Translations under genes and position numbers: made by a program | DNA from: an uncultured Holosporaceae bacterium | Lineage (GTDB): Bacteria > Pseudomonadota > Alphaproteobacteria > UBA3830 > CASESI01 | DNA length: 64,000 nt | NCBI GenBank assembly: GCA_949290705.1 | Contig: CASESI010000022.1 | Location: forward strand, 122,529 to 186,528 | Direction: 5' to 3' | The notes under the pieces: generated by a model | What the model was told of the DNA's origin: nothing | Seen by the model: the letters and a program-made list of their open reading frames with translations, nothing else | Database searches by the model: none | In this document: piece by piece, positions 19,125 to 27,289 of the stretch | Layout: each line of letters starts with the position of its first letter | Position numbering within the stretch: the stretch's first letter is position 1

Positions 19125-20852
19125 CTAATTTTCAGGATCAAAAATTTTGGATACTATCTCATCCCGTTTGAACTCTATCAATTTATCAACATTATCAAAA
19201 CGCTCACGATCATGCGTAATAATTATTATAGTTTTTTTATGATAAAAGCGTTTGATAGAATTATTTATAAAAGTAATATTTGCTCCATCCAAGGCACTTG
19301 TAGGTTCATCAAAAACCAGTATAGGAGCATCCTTTAAAAATGCCCTAGCAATTGTAATTCTTTGCTTTTGCCCTCCAGAAAAGTTTACTCCTCCTTCGCC
19401 AACCATTGTTTCATATCCATTTGGTAAAGTTGTAATAAAATCATCAATATTTGCGGCAGCTGCAGCTTCGAAAACAGACTCATCATCGGCATTACGAATA
19501 CCGTATTTAATGTTATTCTTAATTGTATCATTAAATAATTCCACATCTTGCGACACGACACTTATATTCGCGTGCAAATCTTTAATTTTCATATCAGCGA
19601 TATTAATGCCATCTATTTTTATTTCACCGGAGTTAGGCTCATAAAATCTCAGTAACAAATTAATCAACGTAGATTTTCCTATTCCACTTTCCCCCATAAT
19701 CACAGTTGTTTTATTCTCTGGAATAGATAGATTAATATTTTTTAGAATCGTTGCATCTGCCTCATCATATTTAAAAGAAACATTATCAAACTCTATATTT
19801 CCACTTAAAGAAGAAATTACAACTGGATTCTCTTTGTTTGTGATTTTAGATTTTACATCTATTAGTTCAAATATTCTTGCCGTCGATACATTCCCTACTT
19901 GCAACTGAGAAGTAAGTTGTGCCAAATTTTTTGCTGGTTTATATGTCAGTAAGGACGCTGTTAAAAATTGGAACAACTCTCCAACTGTCATATAGTTTTT
20001 GATAATAGCCATCCCACCAACCGTTAAACATGTAAAGACAGCTATACCGCTTAATAATTCCATCAAAGGATGCACAATTGTGATAGTTTGTACTGATTTA
20101 TAATTAAGTTTATATATTGAATTTAATATATCCTGAGCTTTCTCAATCTGTAATTTCTCCATAGACGAAGCTTTGATCAGTCTTATACATGAAAATGTCT
20201 CTGTTAAAAATGATGTCCATCTTCCCGATGCAGATTGTACATGTCTCGATAATTCTTTTATTTTTTTTGTAATCTTAACGAGGGCAATTCCTGCCAATGG
20301 AAAAACTATTAAACAAGTTAACGATAAAAAGAAATTCTGAATAAAAACGTACATCACCAAAGTGACCACCGTGAAAAAATTCCGACCTAGATTTATCATC
20401 ACTTCATTCAGAGCAAATTGCACATTTTTCAAATCATTCGTAAGTCTTGAAATCACATCTCCGGAAGTTGTAGAATTGAAAAATCTCAAATCTTGATACA
20501 CTAAATTTTTATAAACGTCAAATTGTAAGTCTTTCAAAACTTTGAGACTTAATTTATCAAGTAAAAAATTTTCACCATAATTAACCAGCCCTTTGAACAC
20601 GAAAACCAACAAAAAACAGCCAGAGATCGAAAGTAAAACAGATATCGATGCATCAACTTTAAATACATCATCAATAATAGGTTTTACAAATTTAACAATA
20701 AACAAATTACAAACAGCAGATAAAATCATACATACAAATGCGCTGATTGCAATCCAGATGTATTTTTTTATATAAGAATTATAAAGCCTTACAATGACAT
20801 TAGCATTTACTTGCATTCCCAAATCCCAAAATATCTGCAAAGTATACCACAA
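19125..20852 (-). CDS. ABC exporter, fused permease/ATPase (MsbA/ABCB-like)
   Basis: 575 aa. It has a six-helix exporter TMD and an NBD with Walker A GESGIGKST, signature FSGGQKQR and Walker B ILVFDEPTSALD. Confidence 0.85.
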   Translation of the reverse strand: MWYTLQIFWDLGMQVNANVIVRLYNSYIKKYIWIAISAFVCMILSAVCNLFIVKFVKPIIDDVFKVDASISVLLSISGCFLLVFVFKGLVNYGENFLLDKLSLKVLKDLQFDVYKNLVYQDLRFFNSTTSGDVISRLTNDLKNVQFALNEVMINLGRNFFTVVTLVMYVFIQNFFLSLTCLIVFPLAGIALVKITKKIKELSRHVQSASGRWTSFLTETFSCIRLIKASSMEKLQIEKAQDILNSIYKLNYKSVQTITIVHPLMELLSGIAVFTCLTVGGMAIIKNYMTVGELFQFLTASLLTYKPAKNLAQLTSQLQVGNVSTARIFELIDVKSKITNKENPVVISSLSGNIEFDNVSFKYDEADATILKNINLSIPENKTTVIMGESGIGKSTLINLLLRFYEPNSGEIKIDGINIADMKIKDLHANISVVSQDVELFNDTIKNNIKYGIRNADDESVFEAAAAANIDDFITTLPNGYETMVGEGGVNFSGGQKQRITIARAFLKDAPILVFDEPTSALDGANITFINNSIKRFYHKKTIIIITHDRERFDNVDKLIEFKRDEIVSKIFDPEN

Positions 20853-20936
20853 CGTACCTAAAAAGTAATTTAAAAAACCAGAATATAAAAATTGTATTTA
20901 ATCCAAAATTGTAATAGGATCTAGTAAATTAAGGAT

Positions 20937-21377
20937 TTGAACATGTCTGAAAATGTAAAATTTAAACTATTAAAAGTCTTTCAAAAAGAATTAACTTACA
21001 AAAGTTCTGATAATATACAGAGTACTGAAAATTTAAGTGCAGGAATAAACCTCGAACTTGACGCTATGAACCTTGAAAAAAATGTTTTCCTATCTTCGTT
21101 AAGAATAAAATTCTCGGCAACTGCGGATACCAAACCTATGTTTGAAATATTCGTTAACATGTGTGGAATTTTTGCTTGTACAGATCAAGAAAAGACTCTT
21201 TCAGAAGAAGAAATAAAGAACGCTGTTCAGATCACATTCCCAACCGCCATTTTCCCGTATGCTCGACAAATCATTAGCCAAACGGCATATAACGGTGGAT
21301 TCTCTAACGTAGTAATGGATACAATTGATTTCGAAGAACTCCGTTTAAATCAACAAAAAAATGAAACTGTGAATTAA
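20937..21377 (+). CDS. secB: Protein-export chaperone SecB
   Basis: 146 aa. The segment FPTAIFPYARQIISQTAYNGGFSNVVMDTIDFEEL matches the conserved SecB core (FPYAR...GGF...NF). Confidence 0.8.
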   Translation: MNMSENVKFKLLKVFQKELTYKSSDNIQSTENLSAGINLELDAMNLEKNVFLSSLRIKFSATADTKPMFEIFVNMCGIFACTDQEKTLSEEEIKNAVQITFPTAIFPYARQIISQTAYNGGFSNVVMDTIDFEELRLNQQKNETVN

Positions 21378-22114
21378 ATTTTTTTATCAAAAGATATTAT
21401 AAAATTTACATTATCGAATTTTTCTTTTTTATCATCGTCCTCTTTAGAACAAGCTTCTCGACCAGCGACTTTTATGTCGACATGCATGTAATTTAGCATA
21501 TTTTTGACGGAACTAAGCCCTGTACCAAACCCATTAACCCTTGTAGTTGTATACGCCTCAAATATACTTCTTTCATCATTTTTATCAATTTCATTTCCGT
21601 TATTAGAAATGATAATCCTATTAAAATTTTTATTTGAAACATCGGTAGAAAATGTCACCTTATTCTCACTATTAGAAGATGAGAAAAACAGAGCGTTTTT
21701 CAAAATATTTTGAATCACATGATAAAATAATTTACGATTAATCAGCAAATTAAACGAATCTTTAATTGAAACACTAATCTTTTTTAGCTGATGATCGCTC
21801 AGAGGAAACTCATTAATCGCACCGTTTATTGCATTAATAACATCAACCACCTCTAACGGAAACATTTCATCCCACATTTCATCCTTTTGCATAAAATTCA
21901 TATAAAGCATATTATTATAAAAATAAATACTCTTAATAGGTAATAAAGTGTCCGATATGTCCGATTCATCGATATTGTATTTTTTGGATAACTCCATTAA
22001 TTTAGCCTGAATAGCTATTAAATCAGTTTGTGTTTCATGCGATATCACGCTTATACTTTTCATGATGATTTCATTTTTAATGTTATCATCAACAGAGTCA
22101 AATAACTTTTTCAT
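21374..22114 (-). CDS. Sensor-less cytoplasmic histidine kinase core (DHp + HATPase_c)
   Basis: 246 aa with no TM or sensor domain. Motifs are an H-box-like ISVISHETQTDLIAIQ, N-box NILKNALFFS, a G1-like IISNNGNEI, an F-box IFEAY and G2 GFGTGLSSVKN. Confidence 0.6.
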   Translation of the reverse strand: MKKLFDSVDDNIKNEIIMKSISVISHETQTDLIAIQAKLMELSKKYNIDESDISDTLLPIKSIYFYNNMLYMNFMQKDEMWDEMFPLEVVDVINAINGAINEFPLSDHQLKKISVSIKDSFNLLINRKLFYHVIQNILKNALFFSSSNSENKVTFSTDVSNKNFNRIIISNNGNEIDKNDERSIFEAYTTTRVNGFGTGLSSVKNMLNYMHVDIKVAGREACSKEDDDKKEKFDNVNFIISFDKKI

Positions 22115-22177
22115 AATTTCACTCCTGAAACTTACCTTATTATATCATACTATAAAAAAGTTACTGAAGTGATAATT

Positions 22178-23221
22178 TTAAATAAAAACATTATCTTCCA
22201 AAATATCTGTTCTTAAATCATTAAATTCCTGGTTCAAAGAAAACATTTCAAAAGCAGACCACGCAATCATTACTGCATTATCCGTACACATTTTGATATC
22301 AGGAACATAAAAGTTGAAGCCTGCATTTTCTACAACTTTTTTCACACTATCAGCAATATATCGATTTGCTGCAACACCACCTGAAAAAACAACTGACTTT
22401 ATGTTTGGATATTTTTGCTTCACGATTGTGATAGCATTTTTAATTTTTTTCTGAAACACATTCGAAACTGTTTTTTGAAAACTTGCAGCAATATCATTTC
22501 TGAGTGTTTCATTTATCTCGGCATATTTATTACAAACATTCAACACAGCAGTCTTTAATCCAGAAAATGAAAAATTACATCCTCGATCATTAAGAGGGAT
22601 AGGGAAATTAAATCTTGTAGAATCTCCGTTTCTAGCGCATTTTTCAATATTTGGACCACCAGGGTATGAAAGACCTATCGTCCTTGCAACCTTATCGAAA
22701 CACTCACCTGCCGAATCATCAATTGTTGCGCCGAATTTCTCAAATTCAAATGGTGTTTCAAGCACCCCTATCAAAGAATGTCCCCCTGATGCCAATACCA
22801 ATAAATATGGCAATTCTAATTCGTCGTACAAAAATCTTGGCATCATAGCATGACCTATTAAGTGATTTACCGGAATGAATGGTTTACCGAGAAATGCCGC
22901 CAAAGCTTTCCCAAAACTTGCACCAACAACCAAACTTCCGATCAGACCAGGACCACACGTAGCGGCAACAGCATCTATTTCTGACAAATCAATCTGTGCT
23001 TCATCTAACGCAATTTTAAAAGCTGGAGAAACGGCATCTAAATGCAACCTAGAGGCAATTTCAGGGAAAACCCCCCCAAACTTCTTATGTTCTTCTACTT
23101 GAGAAAAAACAACATTTGATAATAACTTTTTATTACTAAATTTTCCATTAGTGACTATATCCGCAGATATTATGGCAAATGCTGTTTCATCACAACTTGA
23201 TTCAATTCCCAGTATTTTCAT
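22178..23221 (-). CDS. tsaD: tRNA N6-adenosine threonylcarbamoyltransferase
   Basis: 347 aa. Kae1/TsaD family segments are MKILGIESSCDETAFAII, NHLIGHAMMPRF and FSGGVAANRY. Confidence 0.9.
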   Translation of the reverse strand: MKILGIESSCDETAFAIISADIVTNGKFSNKKLLSNVVFSQVEEHKKFGGVFPEIASRLHLDAVSPAFKIALDEAQIDLSEIDAVAATCGPGLIGSLVVGASFGKALAAFLGKPFIPVNHLIGHAMMPRFLYDELELPYLLVLASGGHSLIGVLETPFEFEKFGATIDDSAGECFDKVARTIGLSYPGGPNIEKCARNGDSTRFNFPIPLNDRGCNFSFSGLKTAVLNVCNKYAEINETLRNDIAASFQKTVSNVFQKKIKNAITIVKQKYPNIKSVVFSGGVAANRYIADSVKKVVENAGFNFYVPDIKMCTDNAVMIAWSAFEMFSLNQEFNDLRTDILEDNVFI

Positions 23222-23486
23222 ATAAATTTACAACTCTCAACAATCTCTGATACAACTGACCTATTCTTTGTTGCACTTTACCATTCGAATTATTTTCAGA
23301 AAAATGCTCTATTTTAGGAAACTTGGACTTTACATTATTAATTTTGTCTTCCAAATATTTAATTAATTCCAATGATAAATACATTTTTAACAAGTCTTCG
23401 GTTGAATTATTTAATGGATTCTCTCTCATTATTAGCAATAATAAAAATAATTCTTCAGCATTCTTGTCAAGTATTAACTCATTCAT
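23202..23486 (-). CDS. Hypothetical protein (94 aa)
   Basis: The ORF is wedged between the SemiSWEET gene (8-nt overlap) and tsaD (20-nt overlap), suggesting co-transcription. I recognise no motif. Confidence 0.35.
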   Translation of the reverse strand: MNELILDKNAEELFLLLLIMRENPLNNSTEDLLKMYLSLELIKYLEDKINNVKSKFPKIEHFSENNSNGKVQQRIGQLYQRLLRVVNLYENTGN

Positions 23487-23757
23487 TTTTTCCTCTCCAT
23501 AAAAACGTTAACGTCAAAATAATCGAATAACAAATAATGGAAATACAATTACCAATAATCAACGACCAAGAACCCTTCAAAATACCATAGACTATCCAAA
23601 TCGCAAAACCTGCACAAAACATAAGACTCATCGCAATGGATAAATCTTTAACACCTTTCGTTTTTATCATCTTTACAATTTGAGGAATTGTTGCGAGTGT
23701 AGTAAAAGTACAAGCTATAAATCCTAATATTTCAATCTTATCCATCATTATCTTCAA
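23479..23757 (-). CDS. SemiSWEET / PQ-loop family small transporter
   Basis: 92 aa with three predicted TM helices and a PQ motif (TLATIPQIVKMIKTKGVKDLS). Confidence 0.7.
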   Translation of the reverse strand: MKIMMDKIEILGFIACTFTTLATIPQIVKMIKTKGVKDLSIAMSLMFCAGFAIWIVYGILKGSWSLIIGNCISIICYSIILTLTFLWRGKNE

Positions 23758-23855
23758 ACATAAGTATATATAGATTATAACTTATTTTTTTCAAGCTATT
23801 TTAGTATTTTTTAACTTTTAACGTATACAATATCTTATAAGTTTTGGGTATTAAA

Positions 23856-24062
23856 ATGAAAAAAAAAATATTTTCCTCGAAAGGTGCTACCGCTGTTGAG
23901 TATGCATTGATCGCGGCATTAATTGCAATTGTATCCATGGGACCACTAAAAACCCTAGGTGTTGAAATCAAAGAAAAATGGAATTCCGTGGTCAATGTGT
24001 TACGTAATGTTGATGCAAATGACACTACTGGATCTTATTCTACGAACAATACTAACTCTTAA
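23856..24062 (+). CDS. flp: Flp/Fap family type IVb (Tad) pilin
   Basis: MKKKIFSSKGATAVEYALIAALIAIVSMG carries the Flp motif (G/ATAVEY..IAALIA). The track ORF opens at a TTG (23844), and the ATG at 23856 is the more likely start. Confidence 0.75.
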   Translation: MKKKIFSSKGATAVEYALIAALIAIVSMGPLKTLGVEIKEKWNSVVNVLRNVDANDTTGSYSTNNTNS

Positions 24063-24102
24063 CAAAGATGCGTTAAGTATGCTAATATGCTTTCATTAAA
24101 AT

Positions 24103-24861
24103 ATGAAAGTAATATCTATTTCAAATCAAAAAGGTGGAGTTGGAAAAACAACTACCGCTGTGAATCTTGCTACTGCACTTGCTGCTGTTGATAAAAAAGT
24201 AGTTTTGATAGACCTTGATCCACAAGGAAATTGCACTACAAGTTTCTCAATTGATAAACATACAAAACTTGAGAATAGTTATGGACTCATGTTAGGCCTC
24301 ACAGAAGTGCAGAATACTATAAAAAAAACAATTATACCGAACTTATCCATTATACCGTCAACTGTAAATCTATCGGCTGTAGAAATTGAATTATTTCAAA
24401 AACCAAGACGAGAGTTTCAATTACGAGATGCTATATCAACACTTAACGACATTTATGATTATGTTTTCATAGATTGTCCACCTGGGTTTGGAATCACAAC
24501 TTTAAATGCATTAACAGCATCTGATAAAATCCTGATTCCGATGCAATGTGAGTTTTTTGCGCTTGAAGGATTAGCACAACTGTTATTAACAGTAAAAAAA
24601 GTACAAAGAACATTTAATAAAAACTTATCCATAATTGGAATTCTGCTAACCATGTTCGATAGGAGGAATATACTTTCAAAAATGGTGGAAAATGATTTAA
24701 GAGAACACTTTAACGACCTTGTCTTTGACACAAAAATACCACGCAATGTCAAAATTTCTGAAGCACCTTCCCATGGAAAACCAGTGATAATTTATGATTG
24801 TAAATGTCAGGGGGCAAAGTCTTATATTGACCTGGCAAAAGAATTTTTAAATAGAATATGA
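24103..24861 (+). CDS. parA: ParA/Soj chromosome-partitioning ATPase
   Basis: 252 aa. It has the deviant Walker A NQKGGVGKTTTAVNLA, DLDPQGN and IPRNVKISEAPSHGKPVIIYD. No parB follows it. Confidence 0.85.
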   Translation: MKVISISNQKGGVGKTTTAVNLATALAAVDKKVVLIDLDPQGNCTTSFSIDKHTKLENSYGLMLGLTEVQNTIKKTIIPNLSIIPSTVNLSAVEIELFQKPRREFQLRDAISTLNDIYDYVFIDCPPGFGITTLNALTASDKILIPMQCEFFALEGLAQLLLTVKKVQRTFNKNLSIIGILLTMFDRRNILSKMVENDLREHFNDLVFDTKIPRNVKISEAPSHGKPVIIYDCKCQGAKSYIDLAKEFLNRI

Positions 24862-24991
24862 CAAAATATTAACCTTTTGTTAACTTGTAGGACTTATACA
24901 CACTATTCTATTAAAATACATTAAAATTTTTCTTGCATTTGTTATTTTTTTGTTATATTTATATAGCATCAGTTGTTTTTACTTTGGAAAA

Positions 24992-26170
24992 ATGCGTAAG
25001 TTATATTTTTTGTCAGTGTTGTTTGCCTTTAGCTGTTTTGCGACAAATAGTACTTGTGTGGGCAGTGAGAGTAGTCCATCAAAAAGATATGCTCGGCTAG
25101 TGTCTAAGGTGGGTGATTACTCGCTGGTTGACATTCGACCGGAGGTTGGCGTTTCAGGGACAGGTAGAAAATATCATTTGGTGGCGTGCTTTTGTGGATT
25201 AAGCGATTTTGGTAGATTCGTCGAAGACGAGGGGACTATACGTTCTAGCGATACTACATTACTAGAGTTCGTTTTTGATAACAACCTTTATTGTGCCCGA
25301 TGTATTAATAGTTGTAAGATTGTTCCTAGTTTGATGATTTTCAAGAAGGATGAATGCAAAGTTTTTTTCAATCAAAATGATGGAGGTGATTTGTTAGAGA
25401 CATTAAAAGGGCAATTCAATGACACATACAAAACCCTTGTGAAAATACAAAATTTATTTCACATAGAAAATGGGGAATTGGTGTTTAGAGTCCCATCTAC
25501 CCATTCACTTAAATCGTTTTTTTCCGAAGTAAGTGTGTTGAATGCATTTTATAGGTTGGGTATGTGTGACAATAACAATAAAATTTGCGGAACTGTCGGA
25601 ATTGCTCCTCACACAATCGCGAAATCGGAAGTTGATATCGATGGAATATATGTTCCATCATTTGATTTTTTCCCAATTAATACTGTAGCGATTGACTATT
25701 ATGTGTTTCCAGAATATAGGAAGAATGGTGCGGCATCGTCTATATTGGAGGAAACATTGGAAATTATGTTTGGAAACCGATCTGGTGATACGCGTGTAAA
25801 CGCTGTGCTGTTGAATATTGATCCGTCAGTTATTGCCTCTTTAAAAATAGCATATAAACACGGATTTCAAACGTTGAAAGAATTGTTTCCTGAATCCTCG
25901 GCCGCAGCTAGGGATGGGATTAATTATCTTTTGAAGAGAGATTTTTATTTTGAACACAAAGATGAAATTCTTGCAGGCAATTATAGGATAAGCAAAGGTA
26001 TTGAAGAGCGTATCAATAGAGCTGAGGAAAAGATATCCAATGACGCAGAAAAGATGTTAAATGCAGGCGTTCGTAAGAGTTTGAAACGCACCCGGAGGGC
26101 TGCGTCTAATGGAAATAAACCGTCAGCAAATGCATCACAAAAATCGAAGAGGAATGCTACTAGACGTTAA
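24992..26170 (+). CDS. Secreted hypothetical protein with C-terminal GNAT-like acetyltransferase fold and Lys/Arg-rich tail
   Basis: The ORF opens at 24950, and the ATG at 24992 gives the signal-peptide-like MRKLYFLSVLFAFSCFATNS. The GNAT motif-A-like stretch is YVFPEYRKNGAASSILEETLEIMF...VNAVLLNIDPSVIASLKIAYKHGFQ. The tail reads KSLKRTRRAASNGNKPSANASQKSKRNATRR. Confidence 0.5.
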   Translation: MRKLYFLSVLFAFSCFATNSTCVGSESSPSKRYARLVSKVGDYSLVDIRPEVGVSGTGRKYHLVACFCGLSDFGRFVEDEGTIRSSDTTLLEFVFDNNLYCARCINSCKIVPSLMIFKKDECKVFFNQNDGGDLLETLKGQFNDTYKTLVKIQNLFHIENGELVFRVPSTHSLKSFFSEVSVLNAFYRLGMCDNNNKICGTVGIAPHTIAKSEVDIDGIYVPSFDFFPINTVAIDYYVFPEYRKNGAASSILEETLEIMFGNRSGDTRVNAVLLNIDPSVIASLKIAYKHGFQTLKELFPESSAAARDGINYLLKRDFYFEHKDEILAGNYRISKGIEERINRAEEKISNDAEKMLNAGVRKSLKRTRRAASNGNKPSANASQKSKRNATRR

Positions 26171-27236
26171 ACCTGAATAGCATTATATCGTTTTCTTTGA
26201 CGATGTAATCTTTTCCCTCTTTTCTCATAAGGCCTTTTTCTTTCGCGTGTTGTTCTCCGTTGCTGTTGATGAAGTCTTCGTAACTGATAACTTCTGCACA
26301 AATAAACCCTTTTTGCATGTCCGTATGGATTTTACCAGCGGCAGTGGGAGCTTTATCTCCATTATGAATTGTCCAAGCTCTTGATTCCTTTGGGCCAGCA
26401 GTAAAATAAGAAATTAAGTTCAATAATTTATAGGCGGCTTTTGCTAACCTATTTATCCCAGATTCTTTCAACCCATAACTTTCCAAATACTCCTTCTCTT
26501 CCTCCTTAGGAAGCGCTGATAACTCTGACTCTATTTCAGCACAAATCATCAAAATCTTGGCATTTTGTTTATATGCCTTCACAGCATCCACGTATTTGTT
26601 GCCGCCTTTTATTAATGCCTGATCATCAACATTACATAAATACATTACAGGTTTGGCCGTAATTAAGTGCAATTCAGGTAGGTATTCCACCATACTTTCT
26701 GGAATTTTTATTTGATTAACCCACACTCCATCATTCATCTTTGGCAATAAAAACTCTATTAATTTATTACGATCTTGGAACTCTCTTGCATGTTTTTTAT
26801 TTAAAAGTTCTTGCATGCGTTCAACATCTGATAAAAGCAATTCTGTTTCTATTATTTGAATATCTCTCACCGGATCGACAGTTCCCTCAACATGAGTAAC
26901 ATCATCATTATCAAAACATCTAACAACATGAATAATCGCATCTGTTTCTCTTATATTAGCTAAAAATTTATTCCCGAGTCCTTCTCCACGACTTGCCCCT
27001 TTCACAAGACCAGCAATGTCAACTATTCTTACCTGAGAATATACAGTTTTCAAAGATTTGGAAATTGAAGCAACTTTATTAAGTTTTTCGTCAACAACAT
27101 TAACAATTCCGACGTTAGGATCAACAGTGCAAAATGGATAATTGGCAGCCTCTGCAGCCATTGTTTTTGTTAAACAATTAAACAATGTTGACTTTCCAAC
27201 ATTTGGTAAACCAACAATTACACAATCCAAACTCAT
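26160..27236 (-). CDS. ychF: Ribosome-binding ATPase YchF
   Basis: 358 aa. It has the G1 motif GLPNVGKSTLFN, DIAGLVKGAS and a C-terminal TGS-like GKDYIVKENDIMLFRFNV. Confidence 0.9.
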   Translation of the reverse strand: MSLDCVIVGLPNVGKSTLFNCLTKTMAAEAANYPFCTVDPNVGIVNVVDEKLNKVASISKSLKTVYSQVRIVDIAGLVKGASRGEGLGNKFLANIRETDAIIHVVRCFDNDDVTHVEGTVDPVRDIQIIETELLLSDVERMQELLNKKHAREFQDRNKLIEFLLPKMNDGVWVNQIKIPESMVEYLPELHLITAKPVMYLCNVDDQALIKGGNKYVDAVKAYKQNAKILMICAEIESELSALPKEEEKEYLESYGLKESGINRLAKAAYKLLNLISYFTAGPKESRAWTIHNGDKAPTAAGKIHTDMQKGFICAEVISYEDFINSNGEQHAKEKGLMRKEGKDYIVKENDIMLFRFNV

Positions 27237-27289
27237 TTTAATTCCTTACAAATTGCCAGTATTATAAACCAAAGCTACGTCTCTTGCCA

